Counted from the first letter of the stretch, positions 1-10,505 are shown. The stretch: DNA of 20,000 nt from an uncultured Planctomycetaceae bacterium (GCA_963976765.1 CAXBME010000025.1:113607-133606); one strand, 5' to 3'. Translations and numbers: made by a program. The notes: generated by a model not told the origin, from the letters alone.

Positions 1-550
1 GAGTGCGGAAGAGTCTCTTAAGGTCGACATCGAAACGCCGAAAGGCTGGCGAACGGAAACGCTCAGTCTGCCGACAGGCTTTGCGAAAGACATGAAACTG
101 ACGGGCTTTGAAGAAGTCCGTTTTGCTCCCGGTATGTTCCGCCCCGACGCCGAAGACTTCTTTACCTACTGCTTTGTCTTCTGTCTTCCGGGTCAGAATC
201 CGCCTGATGAAAAAACACTCACGGCAGAGCTGCTGAAGTATTACCGCGGCCTCGCGGTCGCCGTCACGAGACGCAGCGGCATCGATGTGAAACCTGACAG
301 CTTCACGCTGACGATTACACCGGTCAAAGATTCAAAGAAAAAGTCACGTGCGGTGATGACCTGGCTCGAACCCTTCGCCACTCAAAAACCGCAGACGCTG
401 AATCTGGAAATTGAGTCGGTGCTCGAAAGCTCGATCAAAGGCTGCCTGCTGAAGATTGCCGTTTCGCCAAAGCCGTCCGATGCGGAAGTCTGGAAGCCGA
501 TGCGGAAAATGCTGAAAGCGGCAAAGGTGGTCACCACGGAAACGCCGTAA
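1..550 (+). CDS. Hypothetical protein, 5'-truncated by the window edge
   Basis: The frame is open from base 2 (SAEESLKVDIETPKGWRTETLSLPTGFAKDM...) through the listed ORF 92..550 to TAA at 548-550, so the real start is probably upstream of the window. Codon usage resembles the neighbouring genes. No family recognised. Confidence 0.7.
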   Translation, partial: SAEESLKVDIETPKGWRTETLSLPTGFAKDMKLTGFEEVRFAPGMFRPDAEDFFTYCFVFCLPGQNPPDEKTLTAELLKYYRGLAVAVTRRSGIDVKPDSFTLTITPVKDSKKKSRAVMTWLEPFATQKPQTLNLEIESVLESSIKGCLLKIAVSPKPSDAEVWKPMRKMLKAAKVVTTETP

Positions 551-562
551 CCAACAGGATCG

Positions 563-3500
563 TTATGCAGCCTCTGCGCCGCCGTTGACTCGGAATTCTC
601 CGTCCTCACCGACATCTTCAAAGCTGATCGTGAGTCGTTTCGAAACGCCCGATTGTTCCATGGTCACGCCAAAGATCACATCGGCAACGGTCATCGTTCG
701 TTTCCGATGGCTGATCATGATGAACTGAGTCATCTCTTTGAATTCGTGAACGACACCGGCGTAACGCTCGACGTTGGCGTCGTCGAGTGCCGCGTCAACT
801 TCGTCCAGAATACAGAACGGGCTGGGGTTGCTCTTAAAAATGGCAAGCAGCATCGCAACGGCGGTCATGGTTTTTTCGCCGCCACTCAGCAGGGAAATGC
901 TGCGCAGCTCCTTGCCCGGCGGGCGGGCGACAATGTCGATGCCGCAGTCAAGCACGTCGTCTGGATCTTCCAGAATGAGATCCCCGTCGCCGCCGCCGAA
1001 GAGCTTTCGAAAGAGTTCTCGAAACTCGATCTGAATCTTCGTGAACGATTCAAGGAACAGCCGCCGGCTTTCCGAGTTGATTTTCCGGATAATTTCTTCC
1101 AGTGTCGTCTTCGCCTCAGTCAGGTCCATGAGCTGACTGTTGAAGTGGTTGAACTTTTCTTCCAGATCGTCGAGATCCTTCAACGCATCCGTGTTCACGT
1201 TGCCCATCGTTTTCAGTCGACGGCGCAGGCGATTGACGTTCTCTTCGAGTTCGTCTCGAACGTCTTCGTATCTGGTTCCTTCGATTTCCTGGAGTGTGAG
1301 ATGAACTTCGTCCTTGGTGAATGAGCCGGCCACTCCATCGGCAGCAGCAGCAGTGTCGCCGACAAGTTCTTCATCAGCTGACTCGTCGTCCTCGTCCGCA
1401 TCGTCTCCGTCTCCGTCTTCGTCCCACTCCACTTCGTCGAGATCGTCGTCCTCATTACTGTCTTCCTCAGATGCTTCGTCTTCAGCGTCAGGAGTTTCAA
1501 TATGGTCTACGGCATTCACGTTGTCTTCGTCAGTGTCGCCCTCGTCGGTGTCGTCCTGGGCGTCCGGGTCAGCGATCAACCCTCGCTCAATCAGGTGGTC
1601 ACGGAATGCGGACGCGCCGGAGGCGACGACTTCATCAAGCGTCTGGCCGTACTCTTCCTCGATCCTTTCGCCGTACGTCGACAGGCGATGCCGCATATCG
1701 CGAGCTTCAATTTCTTCTTCGTGCTGACGGTCGGCGATGGCACGTCGCTGACGGCGGAATGCTGTTTCTTCTTCGACCAGTCCGCTGCGAACCTGACGAA
1801 GCTGGTCCTTTTCACGTGAAAGACGATCAACTGCATCCGCACTGCTTTCGGCTTTGATTGCCAGTTCGGCGAGGCTTCCGTTGGCGTTGAGAATCCCGAG
1901 TACTGACGTGCGGCGACGTTCTTTAAACGTGTCGAGTCGTCTCGTTGAATCTTCGATCTGATCATTCAACGTGGCTGTCTCATCGCTCAGTCGACTGCAC
2001 GCGGAGATCAGATTTTCGCGACGCTCGCCGGCCCGGGCGAGTTTCAGTCTCGCTTCAGTCTGCTCCTGCAGCAGCTTGTTGCGTTCCTGCTCAATTTCGA
2101 TCAACTCGCCTTCGAGCCGCGCGACTTCGTCGTTGGCTTCATTCTGAGTTTTCTCGACGTCGTTCAACGCATCGAAGCTTTGTGCCAGTTCGGACTGACT
2201 TTCGGCCATTTGTTCTGTCGTGGCGATGAAGACTTCCTCGACAGCCGCGTGCTGTTCAGACAGGCGAGTCATCACTCTCTGTTGACTTTCGAATTCCGAG
2301 CGTCGCTGAGTCAATTGTCCGTTCACGTCTTCCCGCTGCTCAACAGCGGTACTCAGTTCGCCTTCGACTTCGACAGACTGTTTCGCGAACGCCTTGATTC
2401 GTGCCTCGCTGGTCGCCATCTGCTGACTCATCCGGACAAGATCGTTCTTCAGACGACGGAGTTCGCTCTTGCGAGACAGAACCGATGCTTCACCGCGCAC
2501 GGTTCCGGCATAGAGCGTTCCGTCAGGATCGATCAGCTCGCCCTGTAACGTGACGAAGCGGTGTCCGACTCCTTCGGTGACGGCCAGTCGGTTCGCGGCA
2601 TCGAGATCGGTGACAACCCATGTCCTGTCGAGGAGTTTCGCCGCCAGTTTCGGGTGCTGACACGACGCGGAAACCAGCTGGTCGGCTCGAAAAATGACAT
2701 CAACGTCGCCTGAAAGATCGACGTCCTCACTGTGAGACTCAGCGTCTTCCGAAGTCGCCACTTCGTCGAGCCCCAGAAATCCAACCCGGCCATCGATACG
2801 GGCGCTGCCTCGTTTGAGATAGTCAATCATCGAATCGAGATCGCGCATCACGATCAGTTGTGCCCGGCTTCCGAGTGCCACTTCGAGCAATGCCGCATTT
2901 TCCAGGTCAACGTCAAGCAGGTCCGCGACGCTGCCGACGATCCCGTTCCACGGTGGAAAATCGGACGTTTTCGCGCGTTGCAGGATTTCCCGAACGCCGA
3001 TCCCGATGCCTTCCTGCTTGACTTCCAGATCTTCCAGCACGGTCAGACGAGCCTGTGAAGCACTGCGCCGCTCGCGGATTTCGACAAGGACTTCCTGTTC
3101 AGCCTCATGATCGGCGATCAGCTTTTTGCGTTTCGCTCGGATTTCTTTCAGAGCGTCGCCCAGTTCGCTGGCCTGTTCCAGCACTTCGTCCAGCGATGTC
3201 TGTCGCGCGGCGAGTTCCACTTCTGCAGCCCGCAACTCCGACTTCAGCCGGTCGCGTTGCTCGATCGTTTTCTCGTGCGTTTCACCCAGCGTGACCAGTT
3301 GAGCTTCCAGCAGCGCGATCTGCTGCCGCACCTGCGAGGCCTGTTCGGAAAGCTGCGTTCGCTCGGCCTGACGTTCGTCGATACGGGTTCGACTTTGCTT
3401 GTAACGAGCCGCCAGCTGATCGGCGTGCGTTTCGTGAGCTTCGACTTCGTGCTGCTGGACCTGGAACGTTTCATCGAATTGATCAAGTTCCGCTTGCGCC

Positions 3501-4519
3501 TCGGCCAGTTCTTTGTTCACAACGCCAAGCCGCGCCAACGTCGTCGCACGCTGGCCTTGCAGCCGAACGATTTCCGATTCGGACTCACGCAGCCTTGCCG
3601 TTTCGTGGCGGATGGTTGCTTCCTGGCTGACGATGGCTTCACGCGTCGTGCCAGCTTCACGCTCTGCTTTTCGAAGGCCGTCGTCGACAACGGCCAGCTC
3701 TTCGTCGAACGAACTCAGTCGCAGTTCAACCGCCTGCTGCTGTTGGGTCAGTTCGTCGATTTCCGCCTGCGTTGCTCCCAGCTTCGAATCCAGCGAATTC
3801 AACCGCGCAGACATCCAGCGATAATCATCCGCCGCCAGGCCAAACCATGCCGACTGAAGTTCTTTGGAAACTTCGCGGAACTTTGCTGCTTTGGTCGCCT
3901 GATTGCGCGTTGAATTCAGCTGAGACTCAAACTGGTCGACGATGTCCTGCAGACGGAGCAGATTCTGCGAGACTCGTTCGAGCTTGCGGAGCGCTTCGGT
4001 CTTGCGTGAGCGAAAGCGGCTGATACCGGCGGCCTCTTCGAAGATCAGCCGGCGAGCCTGAGGGTTTGACTGCAGAATTTCACTGACACGACCTTGCTCG
4101 ATAATGCTGTACGCCGAGGTGCTTGCCCCGGTCCCCATGAAGGATTCTTTGATGTCCTTCAGCCGGGCGGTGGCTCCGTTGATGAGATATTCCGAGTCTC
4201 CGTTGGTCCAGAGCCGTCGGCCGATGGTGACTTCGTCAGCTTCGATAGGCAGCATGCGCTGCGAGTTGTCGAACGCCAGCGTGGCTTCCGCAAAAGCACT
4301 CGCCTTACGATTGGCCGAACCGTTGAAAATGACGTCCGTCATGTCCTTGCCGCGGAGGCTTTTGGGACTCTGGTCGCCAAGGATCCACTTCATCGCGTCA
4401 ACGACGTTGCTCTTACCGCTCCCGTTCGGCCCGACCACACACGTGATGCCACGTGAGAAGTCGAAACGCGTTCGGTCGGCAAAACTTTTGAAGCCGAATA
4501 GTTCCAGCGACTTCAGCAT
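563..4519 (-). CDS. smc: Chromosome segregation protein SMC
   Basis: 1318 aa. N-terminal [15 protein letters not shown], Walker [11 protein letters not shown]-loop IIEQG, long coiled coils, hinge ([10 protein letters not shown]...GRVGFL...FVTLQGELI), signature LSGGEK, Walker B/D-loop [12 protein letters not shown]-loop ISH. Confidence 0.98.
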   Translation of the reverse strand: MLKSLELFGFKSFADRTRFDFSRGITCVVGPNGSGKSNVVDAMKWILGDQSPKSLRGKDMTDVIFNGSANRKASAFAEATLAFDNSQRMLPIEADEVTIGRRLWTNGDSEYLINGATARLKDIKESFMGTGASTSAYSIIEQGRVSEILQSNPQARRLIFEEAAGISRFRSRKTEALRKLERVSQNLLRLQDIVDQFESQLNSTRNQATKAAKFREVSKELQSAWFGLAADDYRWMSARLNSLDSKLGATQAEIDELTQQQQAVELRLSSFDEELAVVDDGLRKAEREAGTTREAIVSQEATIRHETARLRESESEIVRLQGQRATTLARLGVVNKELAEAQAELDQFDETFQVQQHEVEAHETHADQLAARYKQSRTRIDERQAERTQLSEQASQVRQQIALLEAQLVTLGETHEKTIEQRDRLKSELRAAEVELAARQTSLDEVLEQASELGDALKEIRAKRKKLIADHEAEQEVLVEIRERRSASQARLTVLEDLEVKQEGIGIGVREILQRAKTSDFPPWNGIVGSVADLLDVDLENAALLEVALGSRAQLIVMRDLDSMIDYLKRGSARIDGRVGFLGLDEVATSEDAESHSEDVDLSGDVDVIFRADQLVSASCQHPKLAAKLLDRTWVVTDLDAANRLAVTEGVGHRFVTLQGELIDPDGTLYAGTVRGEASVLSRKSELRRLKNDLVRMSQQMATSEARIKAFAKQSVEVEGELSTAVEQREDVNGQLTQRRSEFESQQRVMTRLSEQHAAVEEVFIATTEQMAESQSELAQSFDALNDVEKTQNEANDEVARLEGELIEIEQERNKLLQEQTEARLKLARAGERRENLISACSRLSDETATLNDQIEDSTRRLDTFKERRRTSVLGILNANGSLAELAIKAESSADAVDRLSREKDQLRQVRSGLVEEETAFRRQRRAIADRQHEEEIEARDMRHRLSTYGERIEEEYGQTLDEVVASGASAFRDHLIERGLIADPDAQDDTDEGDTDEDNVNAVDHIETPDAEDEASEEDSNEDDDLDEVEWDEDGDGDDADEDDESADEELVGDTAAAADGVAGSFTKDEVHLTLQEIEGTRYEDVRDELEENVNRLRRRLKTMGNVNTDALKDLDDLEEKFNHFNSQLMDLTEAKTTLEEIIRKINSESRRLFLESFTKIQIEFRELFRKLFGGGDGDLILEDPDDVLDCGIDIVARPPGKELRSISLLSGGEKTMTAVAMLLAIFKSNPSPFCILDEVDAALDDANVERYAGVVHEFKEMTQFIMISHRKRTMTVADVIFGVTMEQSGVSKRLTISFEDVGEDGEFRVNGGAEAA

Positions 4520-4589
4520 TGACGGGTCAAGGATCCAGAAAGTCGGGTGTTCGACGGAAAAAATCGCCGCAAACCCTGGGGTCAGGAAA

Positions 4590-4626
4590 TCGACGAAACC
4601 GCGAGCTTACGCTCGCGGTTCATCGA
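4590..4626. repeat. Intergenic palindrome / REP-like hairpin
   Basis: Perfect 10-bp stem AACCGCGAGC (4597-4606) / GCTCGCGGTT (4611-4620) with a 4-nt loop (GTAA on the transcribed minus strand). It extends imperfectly to 4590-4626. Only a short T run follows on the minus strand. Confidence 0.7.
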
Positions 4627-4661
4627 AAGGTTTCAGTTGGACAGTGGTCGCGGCAGTCGGC

Positions 4662-6920
4662 TCACTCCTTCTTTTTCGAAAGCGTGAACAAGCCAAACGG
4701 ATCGAGCTTTTTCTTCAGACCACTCCCGCCAGGTGGCGAATCCTGTGCCGACGGTTTCGGAGTTCGAACATCGACGAGTGTTGCGGTACCGGGTTCGTCC
4801 TGCTGTCCTGCCAGAGCGAAAGTCTGTGGCTCGCCTTCCGAACTGCCGACGGCTGCCTGAGTCGCGGATGGCTCAGACATTGACAGTGTCGTCGGGGCGT
4901 CGCTCAGACCTTCTGCGGCAAGCTGGTCGCTGATGGCATCGTCGTCAGAATCTTCAATGACGCTGCCGTCAGGTTCGTCACCGAAGTCTTCTTCGGCTGA
5001 GCTGTCTTCTTCGCCGCGAGGTCGCTGGTACATGTTTGGCGTCAGGCTGGTACGTCCGAGTCTTGCCCGGCTGCCGTTGCGGTAAAAGACTCGACCGGCT
5101 TGAGGCAGCGCGTCAATTTCGAAGCGTCCTTTGAGATTCCCCGTTCGATCCGCCTGAACGAGCATCTGAGCGATGTCTGGATAGCTCGCTCCGAATTCGG
5201 CAGCAGCGCGAATAACCTCTTCGACGCGTTTCGAAACGACCTTGCGTTTGTCATCGCCGTAAGGCATGAACCGGCTGACGGTGATCGTGTCACTGCCCGG
5301 TCGCGAAGTGACCAGAATGTGGTTGCCGGCTCGAACAGCCATCGGCGTGACGAATTCCTGATCGGCTCCGAAGAGCACGATCTCAGCACGTTTTCGATTG
5401 GTGATATGCACCATCGGATCGCCGGTGGCCTCCAGTGGGTGCAGCCAGAATTCTTTGCGAAGATGCTCACCCGCGATGAAGGGATCGTTCCGGTCTAGAG
5501 TCCACAAAGCCCGGAAAGCTCCATAACGGGTTTCCGCACTGTCTGTGGTTTTGCCGTTGGCATCGACGCGAACGTTCATCAGATCACGCAGAGCCATGTG
5601 AGCTTCCGGGTCGTCGAGAATCGACAGACTGGCGTAAGCAAAGACTCGGAAAGCCCGCTCCTGCTGAGCGGCTTCTTTCAAGACGTCGACTCCGGCTGAC
5701 TCTCCGAGATACGACAGCGCGTGGGCCGCGTGGAAGCGGCATTCCAGATGCTGGCTCTTCAGGCCGGTTTTCAACACGGAAATGGCTTCGTCGCCGATTG
5801 CTTCCAGACGAAGAGCCGCCCGTTGAGCTTTCTCCGGTTGAAGCAGATCGTGCTCAAGACGTTGCAGGCGAACGCGGCGCGAGACCGCCGTTTCTCGAAA
5901 TGCGATGTTCTGAACAACCTGCAGAAACCTTGGGTAGTTGTGTTTGTAGAGTGGGTGAACCTTCAACAGAATCCGCTGATCAGTTTGAGCTTTTGCCAGC
6001 GGCTCCCGCAAACCGTACTCGTCGTACGCGAAGAATCGCTGACCAATTTTGTCAGCCAGTCGAGTGATATTTCGATACGTTCGGAAGTTCGACCGGACGT
6101 ACAAAGCCATGTCGCGTTCGATCAGCGAGACACCGCCGCCCAGAACTCGACCGCGTTTCAGCACGCCAGCCAGATTTTCCGTTTCTCCCTCTTCGGGAGA
6201 AATCATGATCGGTCCGCTGGCCTTCGCGACGACGTGACCTTTCATCACTCCCTGCCCAGGCACCAAAGCCGTTTCGCTGAGGATTGTTTCCATCAGCCGT
6301 CCGCCGTTAAGACTGGTTGCTCCGGTGTCGCCTGGCACTCGAATATCGACGTCAAATCTTTCGCCTTTGGAAATCAGCGGCGGAAGATAGGCTCGAACCA
6401 CGACCAAAGCCGTGTCCGGAGATCGAATAATTTCTTTCCAGTCACGAATGTTGCGGCGGCGCATGTCATCGACAAGAGCTTCACGATACGTACTGGGAGG
6501 AGGATCTCCACCGGTTCCGTTCAGACCAACGACCAGACCGACACCTTCCAGAACAACTCGATGCAGACCGGTGAACGTTGTGTAGTCACCGACCATCGGA
6601 ACCTCGATCCTGGTGGTCAATTCGTCGTCAAAGTCGTCTGATGAATCTTCTTTCTTCTCAGGACTTTGCGACCTCATGCTGAGTTTTGACCCCAGCTTTG
6701 AGAAGTCCGGCGTTTTCAGGCCAAGCTGCGAACAACCCACCGAGAACGACAGCAGCGAAACGGTCAGCCCTGCGAGCATTACAGTCGAGCAGCGTCTCAG
6801 CATAGAGCCTGCGCAGCCCATCGCTGTTTGTTTTTCTCGACGCGGAGCCCGGCTTCGACGCTGAAATTCAGATCGAGTCGAGCATAAACACGCCACACGT
6901 ACGCGCAGGTTAACAGCCAT
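4662..6920 (-). CDS. FlgI (flagellar P-ring)-like domain protein with HEAT-like repeats, probable lipoprotein
   Basis: FlgI N-terminal motifs VLEGVGLVVGLNGTGG, ALVVVRAYLPP..KGERFDV and ATSLNGGRL. These are followed by HEAT-like helices (AALRLEAIG..., RFHAAHALSYLG) and an acidic, low-complexity tail. A hydrophobic stretch ends in a lipobox-like SVGC. The true start may be the ATG at 6821 or 6803. Confidence 0.8.
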   Translation of the reverse strand: MAVNLRVRVACLCSTRSEFQRRSRAPRREKQTAMGCAGSMLRRCSTVMLAGLTVSLLSFSVGCSQLGLKTPDFSKLGSKLSMRSQSPEKKEDSSDDFDDELTTRIEVPMVGDYTTFTGLHRVVLEGVGLVVGLNGTGGDPPPSTYREALVDDMRRRNIRDWKEIIRSPDTALVVVRAYLPPLISKGERFDVDIRVPGDTGATSLNGGRLMETILSETALVPGQGVMKGHVVAKASGPIMISPEEGETENLAGVLKRGRVLGGGVSLIERDMALYVRSNFRTYRNITRLADKIGQRFFAYDEYGLREPLAKAQTDQRILLKVHPLYKHNYPRFLQVVQNIAFRETAVSRRVRLQRLEHDLLQPEKAQRAALRLEAIGDEAISVLKTGLKSQHLECRFHAAHALSYLGESAGVDVLKEAAQQERAFRVFAYASLSILDDPEAHMALRDLMNVRVDANGKTTDSAETRYGAFRALWTLDRNDPFIAGEHLRKEFWLHPLEATGDPMVHITNRKRAEIVLFGADQEFVTPMAVRAGNHILVTSRPGSDTITVSRFMPYGDDKRKVVSKRVEEVIRAAAEFGASYPDIAQMLVQADRTGNLKGRFEIDALPQAGRVFYRNGSRARLGRTSLTPNMYQRPRGEEDSSAEEDFGDEPDGSVIEDSDDDAISDQLAAEGLSDAPTTLSMSEPSATQAAVGSSEGEPQTFALAGQQDEPGTATLVDVRTPKPSAQDSPPGGSGLKKKLDPFGLFTLSKKKE

Positions 6921-7144
6921 AAGATGGCGTCCGGATAGGTTGCGAGGTGGGATGACTTCACGCCGCCGGAACCGGCTGCGTTAACGTCGGAAGGATGGGG
7001 ATCGGAGAGGAGATTTCGTCGCCAGACACTGCAGAAATTGAACCTGCAGCCGTCAGGTGCCCGATGCGAAGGTCCACGAAAAGACCGCCCACCGGGTCGT
7101 AGTCAGGAAGGGACCGGAAGAATAGCGCCGCCCCGCATTTCGGG

Positions 7145-8698
7145 TCAACACGGCTTCGCAGCGGCACGGCGTCGCAACCACGAAACCAGCGGAGCGAGCC
7201 AGAACGCGATGCACAGCACTCCAAGTCCCGCAGCGATCGGTCGGCTGAAGAAGGCCGCCAACGAGTCGGACTTCGTCAGACTCTGGACGAAAGCCTCTTC
7301 AAGGCGGCCTCCCAGGATGATGCCCAGAACGACCGGCCCGGCAGGAACTTCGAATCGTTCCAGCACGACGCCCAGCAGCCCCATCGCCAGCATCACGCCG
7401 ACATCGAAATAGCTGCCGTCGATCGCGAACGCTCCCACGATGCAGAACATCAGGATCAGCGGCAGAATGATCTGCCTCGGAATTCTGATGATCAGCGAGC
7501 CTGTTCGAATCGCCAGAAATCCAAGAGGAATCAGCAGCAGATTCGCCAGAATAAACGTGATGTAAATTCCGTAAACCAGCGGAAGCTGGACCGGATCGGT
7601 AAAGATGCCCGGTCCCGGTTGAATGTTTTTCATGAGGAGAACGCCGATCACGATCGCCGTGACCGAGTCGCCAGGAATCCCCAGCACGAGTGCCGGAATC
7701 CACGCCCCGGCCAGCGACGCATTGTTGGCTGTTGTTGCGTCGGCAATGCCGTCCAGCGATCCCCTGCCGTACTCTTTCCGCTGCTCAGGCGTTGCCCGGC
7801 GTTTTGAGACGGCGTAAGAAACCCAGGCAGCGATGTCTGCTCCGGCTCCGGGCAGCATACCGATGGCCGATCCAATCGCACTGCTGCTGGCGATTCGTGA
7901 ACCGGAATTTGCCAGTCGCTTCCCAACTCCGCCGAACACTTCGCCGATCGCTCGGCTCAGCCAGTTCCCACTTGCCGCCCGGGATTGCGTTTCGGCTCCA
8001 TTCGAAACGAGAGTCGCTTCGGGGATCCGCTTCGAAAAATTCCGCAGGACTTCGGCCAGTCCGAACAGCCCGATCATCGCGGGAATAAAGTTGATCCCCG
8101 TGATCAGTTCGTCGGATCCAAAGGTCAGCCGCGGCACGCTGTGCGTTGATCCCAGGCCGACGCAGCTCAGCAGGAGCCCGATCGACAACGAAAGCAGCCC
8201 TTTCGCGAGTGAACCACGAGATACAACAGCAGCACAGCTCAATCCGAGCACGCAGAGCCAGAAGTATTCGTAGCTGGAAAATTCGAACGCGATTCTCGCC
8301 AGTTGGGGAGCGAGAAAGATCAGCACCAGCGCCCCGACCAGACCGCCGACAACGCTGTAAACCAGCGAGACCCCCAAAGCCTGCTGATGCCGTCCCTGCT
8401 GAGTCAGAGAGTAAGCATCGTCAACGTAGGCTGCCGATGACGGCGTGCCGGGAATTCTCATCAGCGTTGTTGGGATGTCGCCAGCAAAAATGCAGCACGC
8501 TTCCATCGTGACGATTGCGGCCAGTCCGGAAATCGGGTCGAGAAAAAACGTGAACGGTATCATTAACGCAACGGCCATCGTCGCGGTCAGTCCAGGAATT
8601 GCTCCGACGAATAGTCCGTAAGAAGCCGACACCAGAATCACCACCAGCACCTTCAAGGTGAGCGTGTTCTCCAGAGCTGTCAGAAAAGCGTCGCTCAT
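7145..8698 (-). CDS. tctA: Tripartite tricarboxylate transporter large permease TctA
   Basis: TctA motifs GLFVGAIPGLTATMAVAL, RIPGTPSSAA, GMLPGAGADIAAWVSY, TANNA..AGAWIPALVLGIPGD. The likely start is MSDAF at 8698; the ORF track extends it to 8743. Confidence 0.93.
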   Translation of the reverse strand: MSDAFLTALENTLTLKVLVVILVSASYGLFVGAIPGLTATMAVALMIPFTFFLDPISGLAAIVTMEACCIFAGDIPTTLMRIPGTPSSAAYVDDAYSLTQQGRHQQALGVSLVYSVVGGLVGALVLIFLAPQLARIAFEFSSYEYFWLCVLGLSCAAVVSRGSLAKGLLSLSIGLLLSCVGLGSTHSVPRLTFGSDELITGINFIPAMIGLFGLAEVLRNFSKRIPEATLVSNGAETQSRAASGNWLSRAIGEVFGGVGKRLANSGSRIASSSAIGSAIGMLPGAGADIAAWVSYAVSKRRATPEQRKEYGRGSLDGIADATTANNASLAGAWIPALVLGIPGDSVTAIVIGVLLMKNIQPGPGIFTDPVQLPLVYGIYITFILANLLLIPLGFLAIRTGSLIIRIPRQIILPLILMFCIVGAFAIDGSYFDVGVMLAMGLLGVVLERFEVPAGPVVLGIILGGRLEEAFVQSLTKSDSLAAFFSRPIAAGLGVLCIAFWLAPLVSWLRRRAAAKPC

Positions 8699-8737
8699 CC
8701 GGAATTCCAAAATTGAGTGTGGCGAGGTTCTTTTTTT

Positions 8738-8824
8738 GAACACAGAGGTCGCTGAGTAAAAAGACGCAGAGAGAAAGAAATGAGGTCTCTACGTCTCTGC
8801 GAGTCCTCTCCGCCCTCTGCGTTC
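8738..8824. repeat. Imperfect inverted repeat of CGCAGAG-like units (MITE/REPIN-like, gene-less)
   Basis: The left arm GAACACAGAGGTCGCTGAG...AGACGCAGAGA (8738-8772) matches the reverse complement of the right arm (8786-8824), GAACGCAGAGGGCGGAGAG...AGACGTAGAGA. A short spacer separates the arms. Confidence 0.65.
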
Positions 8825-8839
8825 CAGCATTTAGACCTG

Positions 8840-10288
8840 TCAGAAGATTCCGATCGGCAACGGCACTCTCAACAGTCCGGAAAACAACTGGTAGATCCCG
8901 ACGGAAGCCACGGTCGCCACGACGGCGGACGTCAGCACTCGTGCTCCCAGCAGTTTCGAGGTGACAAGGAGAATGATCGCCGACGTGATGATGAATCCAA
9001 GCATGTCCGCAGCGAGCATGTAAAAGATCACGGCAGCCACAACGCAACCCGACAAGAGCAAAGCCGGCGGACTCGCTGACTGAACCGTGTCGTCTGTCGA
9101 CACCTCAGGTTCCAGCAACGCTGTCTGTGACGATGTTTCAGAAACAGACGTTGACGGTCGACGGCGGGAGCTCAGCAGAATCGTGACAAGTGACAGACCA
9201 AACATTCCGCCAGCGATCGCCGGAAAGGCGTTCGGACCGACCGGTCCAGACCGCACGGACTGAAACTCTGGACGCGTCAGGATCGCACCGAACAACTCGT
9301 CGTTGCGTTTTAGAAATTCAGCAAACTCGGTTGTCGGTCGCGCTGTATGGTCAAAACCCTGATTGTCCATGAACTCGATCCACGACTCACCATTCACGCG
9401 AGCTTCGCCGCTGACGATTCTCTTAAGCACGGTCACCAGCTTGTCCTGGATTTCCGGCGGCGTGTCTTTCGCAACGCCGAGACCTCGCCATCCGGTCAGC
9501 GTCCAGTCAGACCCCTGCTCTTTCAGCGTCGGGTAATCTTTGAAATCGTCCGAAGCCTGGCGCTTGTCGGCCATGACTCCGAGGCAACGGATGTCGCCGG
9601 AAACGAGCAGACTTTTTGCTTCCGGAAGGCTGCAACAAACCAGGTCCAGGTCTCCAGTCATCAGTTCCTGAAGCGACGGCGCAGAACCTTGCGACGGCAT
9701 CCAGATCACGTCGGTCGGTTTCTGGTCGAGCGAGATTAACCAGCCGGCCATCGCCAGGTGCCAGGCGGCCAGAGCGGCCGTGCCGGAAGCTTTCAATTCT
9801 CCGGGCCGGGCTTTAACAGCCGCTTCCAGATCTTTCACTGTCTGAAGTTCAGAATCCGACTTCACGAACAATGCAGCAGGATCCTCATTGAGCGACATCA
9901 ACGGCGTCGCGTCTTCCCACGTCAGGTCCGTCAGGTTTCGCCAGTGAAGCATGCTCAGTTCGAGTGTCATCATCGAAATCGTGTAGCCGTCCGGTTTCGC
10001 TCGGATGCCGCGAGCATGTCCGGTAACCCCCTGCCCTCCCGTCGCATTCACCACGTTGACTGGCGTACCAAGTTCGCTTTCCAGAAACACTGCCATCTGT
10101 CGGGAAACTCGATCCGTCCCACCGCCGACCGCCCATGGACAGACCAGCGTGATCGGTCGCGACGGATACTCAGTCGATCTCTGACAGCCGACAAAAGTTC
10201 CGAGCATCGTCAGCAGCAGACCTGCCTGAACCAGCAAACGAAGCTTCCCAATCCTGCTCGGCGAATTCTGAACGCAGCAATCCATCAT
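8840..10288 (-). CDS. TctC (Bug-family substrate-binding) - TctB fusion protein
   Basis: Signal peptide with lipobox-like FVGC, then TctC motifs YPSRPITLVCPWAVGGGTD, VVNATGGQG, KPDGYT, PTLKEQG, WRGLGVAKDTP. The C-terminal ~135 aa carry TctB hallmarks: VGPNAFP, four TM segments, ending F..LLRVPLPIG. Confidence 0.9.
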   Translation of the reverse strand: MMDCCVQNSPSRIGKLRLLVQAGLLLTMLGTFVGCQRSTEYPSRPITLVCPWAVGGGTDRVSRQMAVFLESELGTPVNVVNATGGQGVTGHARGIRAKPDGYTISMMTLELSMLHWRNLTDLTWEDATPLMSLNEDPAALFVKSDSELQTVKDLEAAVKARPGELKASGTAALAAWHLAMAGWLISLDQKPTDVIWMPSQGSAPSLQELMTGDLDLVCCSLPEAKSLLVSGDIRCLGVMADKRQASDDFKDYPTLKEQGSDWTLTGWRGLGVAKDTPPEIQDKLVTVLKRIVSGEARVNGESWIEFMDNQGFDHTARPTTEFAEFLKRNDELFGAILTRPEFQSVRSGPVGPNAFPAIAGGMFGLSLVTILLSSRRRPSTSVSETSSQTALLEPEVSTDDTVQSASPPALLLSGCVVAAVIFYMLAADMLGFIITSAIILLVTSKLLGARVLTSAVVATVASVGIYQLFSGLLRVPLPIGIF

Positions 10289-10505
10289 CGATTTCTCACA
10301 GAGGCATGACCACAGAACAGGTCTGACAAGCGGACAGAAGACTCGATCAGGAAAGGCTCGTCAACGAAGCGGCAGTCAAACAACATTCGAACAGCAGACA
10401 GATCACAGACCTGCGGGCTGCCGACGCTGGAAGGCCTGGCGATGCGTTGGTAGTCTTCCCGCTCGATTCCGTTTTGAACTCCAGCTTTCGGTCTACCACT
10501 CCGCC

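Noticed and set aside
653..4883. Many plus-strand ORFs of up to 268 aa overlapping smc, including a Ser-rich ORF at 1314..1727
   Set aside because: Antisense shadows of a GC-rich coding strand. The Ser runs are the reverse complement of the Asp/Glu codons.
5721..6641. 306-aa ORF antisense to the FlgI-like gene
   Set aside because: No recognisable motifs, and it is fully nested opposite a well-supported gene.
10289..10505. Possible T-box or riboswitch upstream of tyrS
   Set aside because: No T-box consensus or terminator/antiterminator seen. It is probably a plain divergent promoter region, and no clear -35/-10 could be assigned.
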